This document shows, one piece after another, positions 37,795 to 48,603 of a DNA stretch of 64,000 bases. The notes below the pieces were generated by a model that saw only the letters and a list, made by a program, of their open reading frames with translations, was not told the DNA's origin and did not search any database. The stretch is taken from positions 1-64,000 of the IMG/VR virus record IMGVR_UViG_3300034520_000200; one strand, written 5' to 3'. How positions within the stretch are numbered: position 1 is the first letter of the stretch; each line of letters begins with the position of its first letter. The position numbers and the translations under genes were made by a program. Source of the DNA: a virus.

Positions 37795-39231
37795 ATGCCT
37801 AGGGTTAATTGGAGATCATCACAGGTTAGTTATAGAACTGGAGCAAATGCTAAAGCAAGTAAAATTCCGACTAAATTGGGTAAAAATTTAAATTATGGTG
37901 ATTTTGCACAGCCAAAAGATTTTGGAGTTCAGCTTTTTGGTGATTGGGAAGAATTCAGAGATTGGCTTGGAATAGGTTATTATGATTATAAAGGTATGAT
38001 AAAAACATATGATGTGTTACAATTTGAAGATAGAATTGAAGCTGCTCTGAACGAAGCTGCTAAAAAATCTGTAAAATTATTAGTTAGTGAAATTAAAAAA
38101 GGATTAAAAGACGGAGGATATGGGGATAAAAAATTTAAACCTTTAAGTTCAGCTACAATTCAACTTCGTAAAACTAAAGCAGGCGAAAGAGGAGAAAAAG
38201 CAAAAACTTGGGTTGGTGCTACAGCAGTAGGATATATAAAAGGAAGAAAACCCTTGTTAAGAACTGGTGATTTATATAGATCTATTTCTGGACAAGTTTT
38301 AGAAAAAGGATCATTCTTTGTTGGAATTCCAAATGGAATTAAAAATAGAGAAGGACAACCATTAACAATGATTGGTTATGTTATGGAAAGAGGAATGGTT
38401 TTAAGAGTTACTTCAAAAATAGCTGCTTGGTTTGCATCTCAAGGAGTTCCATTAAAAGATACAACTACACATATTTTTATTCCAGCAAGACCATTTTTAC
38501 AACCAGTCTTAAAATCAAATAGAGCAAAAATTTACAAAATATATCGTGATGAAATTAATAAATTTTTATTTACAGTCAAAGGATTTTCACAAAAACAAAT
38601 TAAATATTTCTTAAGACGTAGAGGAATGAAATATAAAGAATCTGCTGAACAAGAATCTAGAGGAACTGTTGCAGCAGCTAAAAGAACTACTACAACGAAA
38701 ACTCGCACTAGTGTAACTGATAAAGTAAAAAATGTAATTAAAACTCAAGAACATAAAGAACCACTTAAAACTCAGCTTTTTGTAGGTACAAAGCCTGACC
38801 CTACACAATTTACTCCAGTAAAAAATCCAAGACCCGGGAGAACATTGCCTAAAGGTGGATTTTGGACGTCAACATTTACTGGTAAAGAAACAATGTCTGA
38901 CTATGTAAGATATATGAAACGTGAAGCTTTAAGATTTAAAGCTGGTTCTAAAGCATATTTATTAGAACCTGACCCTAATGCAAAAATATTTAGGGTTAAT
39001 AATTATGAAGATTTTATGAATATGGTTTCAAAATATGGAATTGGTAAAAATGATGAATTTACAATAGACTTTGAAAGAATGTCAAAAGACTATGATGCAG
39101 TTCACATATCTAGAAGTGGATTAAAAGCAGTTACTGACTTCAGTAAAGATATGGGTCTTTTTGACTGGACAAGCGAAAGTACTTTATGGTTTAGATTTGA
39201 TAAATTAAAGCCGTATAAAAAACAAGAATAA
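37795..39231 (+). CDS. neck/virion morphogenesis protein with C-terminal enzyme-like extension
   Basis: KPLSSATI..K, PLLRTGDL..SI, IPARPFL.P; basic linker; then PKGGFWTS...YDAVH...W.SES domain. Confidence 0.7.
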   Translation: MPRVNWRSSQVSYRTGANAKASKIPTKLGKNLNYGDFAQPKDFGVQLFGDWEEFRDWLGIGYYDYKGMIKTYDVLQFEDRIEAALNEAAKKSVKLLVSEIKKGLKDGGYGDKKFKPLSSATIQLRKTKAGERGEKAKTWVGATAVGYIKGRKPLLRTGDLYRSISGQVLEKGSFFVGIPNGIKNREGQPLTMIGYVMERGMVLRVTSKIAAWFASQGVPLKDTTTHIFIPARPFLQPVLKSNRAKIYKIYRDEINKFLFTVKGFSQKQIKYFLRRRGMKYKESAEQESRGTVAAAKRTTTTKTRTSVTDKVKNVIKTQEHKEPLKTQLFVGTKPDPTQFTPVKNPRPGRTLPKGGFWTSTFTGKETMSDYVRYMKREALRFKAGSKAYLLEPDPNAKIFRVNNYEDFMNMVSKYGIGKNDEFTIDFERMSKDYDAVHISRSGLKAVTDFSKDMGLFDWTSESTLWFRFDKLKPYKKQE

Positions 39232-39250
39232 TTATACGGAGCTGATTTTT

Positions 39251-39814
39251 ATGGAACTTAATCAATTTACTGTATTAAAGGATGCTACTATTGAATTATG
39301 TAAAATATTTGAAAATGTTGGATTTAATAATATTTCAGTAACTAATGACCCTGATTACTATGAAATATCTTTAGAAAGAGATGAAAAATTTCCAGCTTTA
39401 ATTTTTATTGGACCTAGATTAATTCACAATAGATTTGTCCAAGGTCAAGGTCTTTATTCTACTGAAATTATTAAAGATATACAAAATCAAACTTTTATTG
39501 AAAAAAAATCCCCTCGGATAATAGATGTAATTTATAATTTAATTATATTGGGGGAAAATGATCAAGAAGTAATGAATGCTGTTTTGAATATAATAGCAAT
39601 TTTCGATAAAGAAGTTACTATTACAGTGAATAATATCCAACATAGAGTTTATCTTCCAGATTATCCTGATATAAATAATATGGTCAATGAATCACAGCTT
39701 ATACAAGCAGGTTGTACTATTTTAATCGAAGGACTTGAACTTGAGACTAGTACTACTAGTACTACTGGTTATATTGCAACTGATATTATTATAAGACCAA
39801 GTGTTAAAAAGTAA
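39251..39814 (+). CDS. tail terminator (putative)
   Basis: position before sheath; FPAL motif. Confidence 0.55.
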   Translation: MELNQFTVLKDATIELCKIFENVGFNNISVTNDPDYYEISLERDEKFPALIFIGPRLIHNRFVQGQGLYSTEIIKDIQNQTFIEKKSPRIIDVIYNLIILGENDQEVMNAVLNIIAIFDKEVTITVNNIQHRVYLPDYPDINNMVNESQLIQAGCTILIEGLELETSTTSTTGYIATDIIIRPSVKK

Positions 39815-40121
39815 GTTTATAAAGGGAGGTGAATTACAATTGGAAGTTAAAATTCTGAACAAACTTGGCTGTAGTCTAGCAATAAATAAGAAAAAAGGAG
39901 GAATGTATTTATTAAAAACAGGAGTAAATAAAGTTGAGTTAAATGATTTTGTATCTGAAGAAATCGAAGCATTAAAAGCAAATAATATAATTGTTATAAA
40001 AGAAATACCAAAAATTGAATATAATAGTTCTAAAGAAGATAATTCTGAAGAAAATGCAATTGTTTATGGAAGCATAATTGAAGATTCATCTGACAAAAAG
40101 AATAAAAAGATAAAGAAATAA
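39801..40121 (+). CDS. hypothetical protein (likely start at TTG 39840)
   Basis: GGAGGTG RBS. Confidence 0.55.
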   Translation: MLKSKFIKGGELQLEVKILNKLGCSLAINKKKGGMYLLKTGVNKVELNDFVSEEIEALKANNIIVIKEIPKIEYNSSKEDNSEENAIVYGSIIEDSSDKKNKKIKK

Positions 40122-40136
40122 AAGGAGGGATTTATA

Positions 40137-41669
40137 ATGCCCGGTGTAATAGTTGAGAGAATAAGTAAACGATCTCCAAGATCAAATACAAATGATTTAG
40201 CAATATTTGTTTCTGGTCCTGCTGAATGGGGCCCTTTCGATCCAACAATAGTTACAAGTGTAAATGATTTCGAAAATAAATTCGGAAGTCCTATAGCTGC
40301 CAGTTGGGCTTATCAAGGTATTAAGCAGTTCTTTGATGAAAGAGGAGTAGGAGAAGTTTGGTTTAATCGAATTGCTCACTATACTGATGTAACAACTCCT
40401 TCAACTATAACTGCTGTAAAAGCTTCTATAACAATACAAGACAGAGCTGCAGTACCTGTAGATACTCTCAAAGTTGAAGCATTGTATGCAGGTGAATTAG
40501 GTAATCAAATTAGTGTAATAATTAATAATGCAACTGTAGATTCAGCAAACAAGTTTAAAGTAACAGTAAAACTTAAAAATAGTATTGTTGAAACATTTGA
40601 TGAATTATCGATGGATATTACAAGTGACGATTATGTAGAGAAAAAAATAAATGGATTTTCAAGTTATATCAACGTTACAGATCTAGATTCTACTACACAG
40701 ATACCAAGTAGAAATCCTGCAATTGGAACTTATGTTTTAACAAATGGAGATAATGGTATTACAGGTTTAACTGATGATGACTGGATAGGAAATTCTACAG
40801 CAAAAACAGGAATTTATAAATTCGACTTTGTAAAGAATAGAAGATTTATAATGATAGCTCCTGGTCAAACATCAAGAAAAGTTATAAAAGCAATGGCTGA
40901 TTATTGTTACAATAGACAAGTTGGATATTGTATTGCTCAAGCTCCTTATGGAGTAAGTGACAAAGTCGCAGTAGATTTTAAGAATGGAACTGGATCTTAT
41001 TCATCGGATAACATTGGTGGTTTGTGGTATAATGAACTTTCAATTTATCATCCATGGGGTTATGGAAAAATATTGACTCAAAATGTTTTTGGTCCTGTAT
41101 CAGTAGAAGGTGCTATAGCTGCTAATCATTCTAAAACACAATATAGAAGAGGTGTTGCAAAAGCTCCTGCAGGATTAGAAGATGGTTATATTTCTAATTT
41201 AAGTATTTTAGGAGTAGCTTCTGCAGTAGATGCTGATTATTTGAATTCTAATGGAATTTGTCCCATAGTTAATTTCGATAATTTTGGAACTGTGTTATGG
41301 GGTGCAAGAACAACATCAACTGACTCGAATTATGATCAAATTCAAATTACTACTACTGTACAATGGTTTACTCAATGGTGTTATGACAATCTTCTTAAAT
41401 ATACATTTGAACCGATTATAAGTAGCACTTTTGACAAGATAACAATTGATGCATTAAAAGTTCTTTCTGATAAATATGCACAAGGATGGTTTGATGACGG
41501 AGGAACTGGAGATCCTAATGAAGCATATTACTTCCAATGTGATTATGGTAATAACACTCCAGAAACAATAGCTAATAGAAATATTATTATTGATTTTGGT
41601 GTAAGACCTCCGGGAGCTGCGGAGATAATTAAAGTAAGACTGTCTCTATACAGTGGTACTTCGAGTTAA
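40137..41669 (+). CDS. tail sheath protein
   Basis: MPGV..E, G.AEWGP..P..V.S, KAPAG, LWGART, FEP, C...NNTPE. Confidence 0.92.
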   Translation: MPGVIVERISKRSPRSNTNDLAIFVSGPAEWGPFDPTIVTSVNDFENKFGSPIAASWAYQGIKQFFDERGVGEVWFNRIAHYTDVTTPSTITAVKASITIQDRAAVPVDTLKVEALYAGELGNQISVIINNATVDSANKFKVTVKLKNSIVETFDELSMDITSDDYVEKKINGFSSYINVTDLDSTTQIPSRNPAIGTYVLTNGDNGITGLTDDDWIGNSTAKTGIYKFDFVKNRRFIMIAPGQTSRKVIKAMADYCYNRQVGYCIAQAPYGVSDKVAVDFKNGTGSYSSDNIGGLWYNELSIYHPWGYGKILTQNVFGPVSVEGAIAANHSKTQYRRGVAKAPAGLEDGYISNLSILGVASAVDADYLNSNGICPIVNFDNFGTVLWGARTTSTDSNYDQIQITTTVQWFTQWCYDNLLKYTFEPIISSTFDKITIDALKVLSDKYAQGWFDDGGTGDPNEAYYFQCDYGNNTPETIANRNIIIDFGVRPPGAAEIIKVRLSLYSGTSS

Positions 41670-41752
41670 ATATTTTTATATTAAAAAAATAGTAGACGAT
41701 GCTTAGACACAGTCTAGCATCGTCTACATTTAAAAAGGAGGGTAAAATAAAT

Positions 41753-42220
41753 ATGGCTCGAGAAGCATATGCTGCTAATTATTATGACAATTATGCATTC
41801 CTTGTAAGGATTGATGGTTTTGTAAAAGCTGGTTTTTCAAGTGCATCTGGTCTTGAATCTGAAGTTGAAGTAATTGAACATTGGGAGGGTGCTAATTTAA
41901 TTGCACATAAATCTCCTGGTAAAGTAAGCAACAATAATATAACATTAGAGCGTGGAGAAACAGACAATTTAGATATGTATAACTGGTACAAAAAATGTTA
42001 TGATGTTCAAACAGGACAAGGTGAAGCCGACATGAGTAAATTAAAAAAGAATATTATTATAGAACAACAAGACAGATCTGGAAAAGTATTAAAGAAATGG
42101 AGAGTTTATGGAGCTTGGCCAAGAGCTTACAAACACTCTGACTGGTCTGGAGATGGAAATGAAAAAAATATTGAAACACTAGAAATAGTTAATGATGGAT
42201 TTGAACCTGTTCTTCCATAA
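41753..42220 (+). CDS. tail tube protein (T4 gp19-like)
   Basis: F.V.IDG..AGF...SGL..E, PGK....ITL.RG, W....AWP; start reassigned after AAGGAGG. Confidence 0.9.
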   Translation: MAREAYAANYYDNYAFLVRIDGFVKAGFSSASGLESEVEVIEHWEGANLIAHKSPGKVSNNNITLERGETDNLDMYNWYKKCYDVQTGQGEADMSKLKKNIIIEQQDRSGKVLKKWRVYGAWPRAYKHSDWSGDGNEKNIETLEIVNDGFEPVLP

Positions 42221-42314
42221 CATTATACACATATTAGAAGGGCCTTCTATTTAACCCACGTTGGAAGGCCCTTATTAATAAATTTCAAACATAAAATAAA
42301 ATGGAGGTTAAAGT

Positions 42315-43013
42315 ATGTTAGATATTCAAATCGGTAAACTTGTTAAATTTCCTTCTGGTTTTGAATCTGAAGTAAAAAAAATGACTGGTAAAGCACAAAA
42401 TGCTCTTGCTAATCGAAAATTAGTAAAAGAAGGAACAGTTTTTGATGAAGTTATAAAAGAATGTATACCTTATGCCCAAGAATCTGATTTAAATGAATGG
42501 TTAATAGGTGATAAATATTTTGCAATGGTTGCAATAAGAATTGTTACATTTGGAAGTAAATTTGATTTTAGAGTAAAATGTCCTTATTGCGATACTACAA
42601 GTCAATACTGGTTTAATTTAAAAGACTTAGATGTAAAATATTTAAATGGAAGACCAACTGAAAATCTTAAATTTAGATTACCCAATTGTGGAAAAGAAGT
42701 AACTTTTCACTTACTTAAAGGTAAACACGAAAAAATGATGCAAGAAATACTAAAGAAAAAATCTGATAAACTTATTACTTCATTATTAATGTTAAGAACA
42801 GATAGTATTGAAGGAGAGCCAATGGTAGACGAAGATTTTTTTGAAAATCTTGATGCAGATGATATTTATGCATTTCGTGAATATGTAGATGAATGTGATT
42901 GTGGAATAGAAACTACAATTAACCTTGAATGTCCTGAATGTGAAGCTGAATTTGAAAGTGAACTACCTATTGACTCAAATTTTTTCTTTCCCAAAAGTCT
43001 AAAGAAGAGATAA
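42315..43013 (+). CDS. tail assembly chaperone / T4 gp26-like hub chaperone
   Basis: CPYC, CPEC, P...NFF; between tube and TMP. Confidence 0.7.
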   Translation: MLDIQIGKLVKFPSGFESEVKKMTGKAQNALANRKLVKEGTVFDEVIKECIPYAQESDLNEWLIGDKYFAMVAIRIVTFGSKFDFRVKCPYCDTTSQYWFNLKDLDVKYLNGRPTENLKFRLPNCGKEVTFHLLKGKHEKMMQEILKKKSDKLITSLLMLRTDSIEGEPMVDEDFFENLDADDIYAFREYVDECDCGIETTINLECPECEAEFESELPIDSNFFFPKSLKKR

Positions 43014-43180
43014 TGGAAGAAATATTTTTTGCAAGTTACGGTGGATTAATAACGATAACACTAAATGATTTTATGAATATGTCAGTAGATGATATTGATT
43101 GGTTTTTAAATAGATTAGCAGAAGAAAAGAAACGAGAAAAAAATGCAATTGAATCTGCAGCTAGACATAGTAGAAGATAG
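43013..43180 (+). CDS. downstream chaperone ORF, probable -1 frameshift extension
   Basis: T TTT TTC at 42980-42986 leads into this frame without a stop. Confidence 0.65.
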   Translation: MEEIFFASYGGLITITLNDFMNMSVDDIDWFLNRLAEEKKREKNAIESAARHSRR

Positions 43181-43201
43181 AGGAGGTGAATTAAATATAA
43201 A

Positions 43202-46200
43202 ATGTTAAACGCATTAGGATTAGGACTAATATTAACAATGAGAGATTATGCTTCAATGCCCGCTGGAAGAATACAGCGGGCATTGCTTGGTTTAGATGAA
43301 ACAGCAAGACAATTTTCTTACAGATTTATTGTAGCCATGTACCAAGCTAGAGAAGGTATGGATATGATGGCTACTGGTACTGTAGCATTATTAGCGCCTT
43401 TCGGAATTTTAGCTTCGTCATTTGAAACGCAAAGTAAATTATATCAAGTTGTAGCTCAAGGTTTAACTGATATAAATTTACTTTTAGATAAATCGTTAGA
43501 AATATCAAACAAATATGCTGGTATTACGAGAGCTAATTTTATGGAAGCAGCATATTGGATTAGATCAGGAATGTATTGGTTAAGTGATGAAGAAGTTGCA
43601 AAGTTTGCTGCAAATGCAACAATAGTTGCTAAAGCTACAAGAGCTGATACTGAAGAAATGGCAAATCTTTTTGCTACTGCTCATGGTATATTCAAAGATC
43701 TGTATAGAGATATGTCTGATGAACAATTCATGAATATGTTTGCTGGTGGTTTAACTGAAGCTGTTAGAGCATTTAAAACTGAAGGTCATCAAATGGTTTT
43801 AGCATTCAATGATTTAAATGCTGACGCTTCTGCAGTATTATACAATATGGAAGAACAATTAGCAGCATTAGGACTTTTACAACAGACAATGCCTGGTAGT
43901 AGGGCTGGAACGAGATTAAGAGCATTTGTACAAGGTGCTATTGAAGCTGCTCAAGAATTTAATTATCCTATTACTGATGCTGAAGGTCATTTATTAAATA
44001 TTGCAGATTTAGTCGATAGAATTAAAAAAGATTTTGTTAAAATACCAGAAGGTTTTGATATTACTAAATATGAAACTATTGAAGATGCTATGAAAGCAAT
44101 AGAAATATCAAGTGGTGCACAAGTCAAAAATATATATGCTCTACGAAAAGCATTTGGTTCAAGAGAAGCTTTTTCAGTATTACAGTTATTATGGAATAGA
44201 ACAGATCAATTAAGAGAAATGCAAGAAATAGTAAGAAATGGCATGATGCAAGGAATGACAGTTGCTGAAAGAATGGCATATATTATTGACCAAGGTATAG
44301 GAGAAAGATTACAAATTCTTCAACAAAGAGTTCATAATTTCTTTGAATTGATTACAGAAGCTATACAGGGTCCAGCAAAAGCTGTCATAGATTTTGCAAG
44401 TAGCTTTATGATATTAGCACAAAATTTCATAAAAACTAATCCTACAATAGTTAAATTAACGTTTTCTATAGTTACATTAACAGGTGCTTTACTATTTTTA
44501 GCTGGTGTTATATGGACTGTAATTGGAATTCAAAAATTGATGAGTAGTACTATGTATTTGGCAATACAAAGAACTTTTCAAATGATACAAGGAATGAAAT
44601 TGTTATTCACTACATTTACACCTATAATATTAGCAATTTCTGCATTATATTTAGCATATAAATCAAATTTTGCTGGAATTAGAGATATACTAGATTCAAT
44701 AGGTAATAGAATGAAACAATTTGCATATAATACAGTTATGGTTATAAGAGGTTTATGGCAGTTAGTAACTTCATTAAATAATTTAAGATATGGCTATATA
44801 AGTGCTGAACTCAAATCTATGTTAGAATCTTTAGGATTATGGGATTTTGTAAAACATTTATTTATGGGTTATGTAAGAATTAAAATATTTTTAACAAATT
44901 TTGTTACTAGTATAGAAAATACATTCGAAATAATAAAAGCAATAGTTACTCCAATGATAGATATTATTTATACAATATTTAAACCTATAATCAGTTTAAT
45001 TATGTTAGCTGGTCGCGCATTTGGATTTTTAGGAGAATCAGTAACTGAATCTGATGTAGAAAAATTTAGACTTTTTGGAAAAGTACTTGGTAGTATATTA
45101 GGACCTTTAGTAGCATTTAAAAGTATAGGTTGGATTTTTAATTCAATTAAAACAGTTCAAAATTTCTTTGCTGCACAAAGATTAAATTGGCAAAAAATAT
45201 TAACTAATGTATTAACTCCAATAAAGATTAAAAAATTAACAGGAGAAGCTAAAAAAGCTTATAAAGAAGTTTTATGGGCGTTAGATGAAATGCAAAATAG
45301 AACTATGTCACAAGCTACAAGACGTTCTATGAAAGCATTAATATATCATCATGTTAAAAAATATGACTTGCAAGATTTCTTCCCTGAAATTGCAGAACAA
45401 ATGAAGAAAATGAGTACAAAAACAAAAGTTCCAGCTCAAACTATAAGAAAAAGTTTTTGGCAAAACTTTATAGGGTATATCTTCACAATACCTTCTAATA
45501 TTGTAAAACTTATGCAAAATACAACAAAAAGAATTCAAGACTCTGCAAAATTCATACAACAATTTGGAATACAGAAAGGTATAAGTACTTTAATTAAAAA
45601 TATTATACAGTCTGCTAACGTGCAAAAATTAAAAAACTTTTCTAAACAAGTTTTAAAATGGTTAATTACTCCGTTTTCAAATTTGTGGAAATTTACTGTA
45701 AGATTTTTTGATGCAAGTGAAAGAATAATTAGAGCTATCGAAAGGTTTGTAATTGACTTATATAAAGCATTTGTAGATTTAATAAAAGCAGTATTCAACT
45801 TTGCAAAAGTATTTTTAAAAGCTATGATTCCAGTATTCAAACAATTTGGAATGTGGATATGGAGAAGTATAGTAAGTTTAGCTAAATTTTCTTTTGAAAT
45901 AGGAAAAACTATAATTAAAGATTTTATACAGTTAGTAAAATGGATAGGAATTGCAATTGTAAAACTTGCGATTTTTGCTGGAAGAACAATTATGGCTGCC
46001 GTAACTTCATTAGTAAATTTAGGTATAGCTTTAGGACAAGCTGTTGCTGGATTTATTGCGATGGCACTTTCTCTTGGTCCTGTATTGTTAATAACATTAG
46101 CTGTTATAGCATTAGGTTTGGCAGTATATTTATTGTGGAAAAACTGGGATAAAGTAGTGCAAAAATTTAACGAATTTAAAGAAGGAATAATTAAAAGTCC

Positions 46201-46609
46201 ACTTATACAAAAAATTATAGAAATTGGAAAATATATTAAAGATCATATAGTTGATCCTATTATAAAAGCATTAGAAGCAGTTGCAAAATTCTTAGGATTA
46301 GACACTAGAAGTGAATTTTATGGTGGACCAAATGGTACTGGAGCATCTCCAATTCCAACAACAAATAGACAAAGAGTTAAATTACCAACTGAAGAACCTA
46401 TTAATTTTATCGCACCATATGCAGCTGGACAAAATGATAATCTATTGCAGCAATTGCAGGATATGCAACGTTATATAAATGTAGCAAATCAAATGAGAAG
46501 TGAAAATGTTGTTTATGTACAACTTGATGGTAAAACAGTTGCACAAGCGATTGCAAATCGCGTCGATAATCAAAATAGAAGAAGAGTATATGATAACATT
46601 CCCAAATAA
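43202..46609 (+). CDS. tape measure protein
   Basis: 1135 aa helical protein; GS.AGT.LR TMP motif; hydrophobic segments; WKNWDK. Confidence 0.9.
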   Translation: MLNALGLGLILTMRDYASMPAGRIQRALLGLDETARQFSYRFIVAMYQAREGMDMMATGTVALLAPFGILASSFETQSKLYQVVAQGLTDINLLLDKSLEISNKYAGITRANFMEAAYWIRSGMYWLSDEEVAKFAANATIVAKATRADTEEMANLFATAHGIFKDLYRDMSDEQFMNMFAGGLTEAVRAFKTEGHQMVLAFNDLNADASAVLYNMEEQLAALGLLQQTMPGSRAGTRLRAFVQGAIEAAQEFNYPITDAEGHLLNIADLVDRIKKDFVKIPEGFDITKYETIEDAMKAIEISSGAQVKNIYALRKAFGSREAFSVLQLLWNRTDQLREMQEIVRNGMMQGMTVAERMAYIIDQGIGERLQILQQRVHNFFELITEAIQGPAKAVIDFASSFMILAQNFIKTNPTIVKLTFSIVTLTGALLFLAGVIWTVIGIQKLMSSTMYLAIQRTFQMIQGMKLLFTTFTPIILAISALYLAYKSNFAGIRDILDSIGNRMKQFAYNTVMVIRGLWQLVTSLNNLRYGYISAELKSMLESLGLWDFVKHLFMGYVRIKIFLTNFVTSIENTFEIIKAIVTPMIDIIYTIFKPIISLIMLAGRAFGFLGESVTESDVEKFRLFGKVLGSILGPLVAFKSIGWIFNSIKTVQNFFAAQRLNWQKILTNVLTPIKIKKLTGEAKKAYKEVLWALDEMQNRTMSQATRRSMKALIYHHVKKYDLQDFFPEIAEQMKKMSTKTKVPAQTIRKSFWQNFIGYIFTIPSNIVKLMQNTTKRIQDSAKFIQQFGIQKGISTLIKNIIQSANVQKLKNFSKQVLKWLITPFSNLWKFTVRFFDASERIIRAIERFVIDLYKAFVDLIKAVFNFAKVFLKAMIPVFKQFGMWIWRSIVSLAKFSFEIGKTIIKDFIQLVKWIGIAIVKLAIFAGRTIMAAVTSLVNLGIALGQAVAGFIAMALSLGPVLLITLAVIALGLAVYLLWKNWDKVVQKFNEFKEGIIKSPLIQKIIEIGKYIKDHIVDPIIKALEAVAKFLGLDTRSEFYGGPNGTGASPIPTTNRQRVKLPTEEPINFIAPYAAGQNDNLLQQLQDMQRYINVANQMRSENVVYVQLDGKTVAQAIANRVDNQNRRRVYDNIPK

Positions 46610-46627
46610 AATAGGAGGTGAATTTTA

Positions 46628-47098
46628 ATGTATACTGGAAACACAAAAATTATAAAAGCATATTTAGTTGATTGGAATACATCTGAAAAAATTATATTCC
46701 AGTATAATCCTCCAGAATGGGAAGATCGAAGATCAGTTAATTATACTGAAATTGTTATACCAGGAATTTCTCATCCAGTTTATCAATATGTTGCAAGTGG
46801 AGAAAGATCAGTAAATTTTACAATACAATTAAATGCTATGTATAATAAAAATGCTATGTATATCGCTCACTGGATAAGAGCAAGAACTTATCCAGTGAGA
46901 TCTAATATTTCTATTCAAAATGCACCTCACAAAGTTGTATTTATATGGCCAAATGCTATTTCACTTTTAGGAGTTATAACAGATGCAAACAGAAAAATAG
47001 AAGACCATTTTCCAGACGGTAGAATAAAATTAATGTCATTAGAAGTTACAATAAAAGAAGCTATTAAAAAATCTTGGTCTTTCGATATGGTGAGGTGA
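46628..47098 (+). CDS. tail tube initiator / baseplate protein
   Basis: FQYNP, PG...P..QY..GG/SG.R.V.F. Confidence 0.75.
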   Translation: MYTGNTKIIKAYLVDWNTSEKIIFQYNPPEWEDRRSVNYTEIVIPGISHPVYQYVASGERSVNFTIQLNAMYNKNAMYIAHWIRARTYPVRSNISIQNAPHKVVFIWPNAISLLGVITDANRKIEDHFPDGRIKLMSLEVTIKEAIKKSWSFDMVR

Positions 47099-47104
47099 TA
47101 TGTA

Positions 47105-47395
47105 ATGGCTTTAAACAAGTCAAGATACAGCTGGTGTGTTGTTATTAAAGAAAATGATATATATTATATTGGAGGAACTGATCCTTTAAAAATAAGGAAA
47201 AGTGACGATGATATAGAACATATTTGGAGTCAAGGTGATAGACTCGATTTACTTGCTAAAAAATATTTAAATGATGATAAATTATGGTGGATTATTGCTG
47301 AATATAATAATATTATGTTTTTCTTTGAAGAAATTGAAATTGGAAGAATAATTTATATACCGAGTTTATATAGGGTGGTGACAGAAATATTATGA
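47105..47395 (+). CDS. LysM-like baseplate protein (tail X)
   Basis: GDRLD.LA..Y..D.LWW.IA..N...G..IYIP. Confidence 0.85.
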   Translation: MALNKSRYSWCVVIKENDIYYIGGTDPLKIRKSDDDIEHIWSQGDRLDLLAKKYLNDDKLWWIIAEYNNIMFFFEEIEIGRIIYIPSLYRVVTEIL

Positions 47396-48603
47396 TTACA
47401 AGTTATGAACAAGTTTTAACACCCTATGTATATTTGACTTTAAATGGAGCTCAAATTTCAAATGAACTTAATCAAAGAATAATTTCAATAGAAATTGAAT
47501 ATGCTGAAGAAAAACAAGATATGATAACAATTTCATTTGAAAATTCAGACCAATTTGTCAGCGACAATCCACTAATTAAAGATGGTAAAACTTTATCAAT
47601 AGTTTATGGATATGCTAATTTATATGATTATGATGGTGATTTTACTATAAAAGATTATGAAGGTTTAGAAACATTTACAATTTATGGTTATAAAGGTTCA
47701 GGTAAAAAACCAAAGAATACAATACGAGGTATAAAAACAAGTTCAACTAAAACTTCTTCTTCTGTTTATAATCCTTATGGTGGTACTGGAAGAATTAGAA
47801 CAAATAGATCATCTGCTTATCCTGGCTCTGTTTTAGGAGCTACAAGTTCTACTGGAAGTAGTTCAACACCTCCAGCAAACTATGTTCCTAGTGAACTTTG
47901 GAATAAAGCTCCAGTATTAACTCTAATTTATAAAAATCAAGATAATGGTCTTATTATTAGTTTTGATCCTTCTTATAAGACTCAAAGTTTAGCTGAAGGT
48001 TCAGTAATAGAAGGAATTGATCCAGATTCTAAAGATATTTTCAGAGCATTTGTAAGCGATATTGGACAAAAATTAGGATTGAGTGATAATATACAAAGTC
48101 AAATAAATAAAGCTGGAACATGGGTAATTGATGGTATTACAGGTGTAGAAAAATTCATAACAGAGCAAGGAGAAAAATTAATGCAGAAAGTTCTTCCTAA
48201 TACTTCAAAGCTGTTAAATATTGGAACTGGAACTAGTAGTACTGGTACAGGAATTCAAGGAAATGAGATATTAATTGAAGCATCTTTATCGACATTAGGT
48301 CTCCCTGGATTGACAAATGGAGTAAATATTAACATTTTAAATGTAGGTAAAAAATTTAGTGGTAAGTGGTTTATAAAATCAATAAGTCATAGAATCGATA
48401 GTAATGGTTATAGAGTTAATGCTAGTCTTTTAAGACCAACTAAAACTTCACTCGGTAGTGGTAGTAGTAATATACAAAATGTAGATAATAAAAATAACAA
48501 TTATAGCTCATTATTTAATACTATTAAAGATAAGTTTTCAATTATTGTAGATGGTTTTACTGGAAAAGAAATAGAACAAAAAATGCATTATGAAGGCAGG
48601 TGA
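47392..48603 (+). CDS. baseplate hub (late control D-like)
   Basis: D...ISFEN, GYA, G.P.L..G..I.I..VG.KFSG.W.I..I.H. Confidence 0.75.
   Translation: MITSYEQVLTPYVYLTLNGAQISNELNQRIISIEIEYAEEKQDMITISFENSDQFVSDNPLIKDGKTLSIVYGYANLYDYDGDFTIKDYEGLETFTIYGYKGSGKKPKNTIRGIKTSSTKTSSSVYNPYGGTGRIRTNRSSAYPGSVLGATSSTGSSSTPPANYVPSELWNKAPVLTLIYKNQDNGLIISFDPSYKTQSLAEGSVIEGIDPDSKDIFRAFVSDIGQKLGLSDNIQSQINKAGTWVIDGITGVEKFITEQGEKLMQKVLPNTSKLLNIGTGTSSTGTGIQGNEILIEASLSTLGLPGLTNGVNINILNVGKKFSGKWFIKSISHRIDSNGYRVNASLLRPTKTSLGSGSSNIQNVDNKNNNYSSLFNTIKDKFSIIVDGFTGKEIEQKMHYEGR

Noticed and set aside
41699-41752. ORF-track N-terminal extension of the tube gene
   Set aside because: It overlaps the GTAGACGATGCT/AGCATCGTCTAC hairpin; the RBS points to ATG 41753
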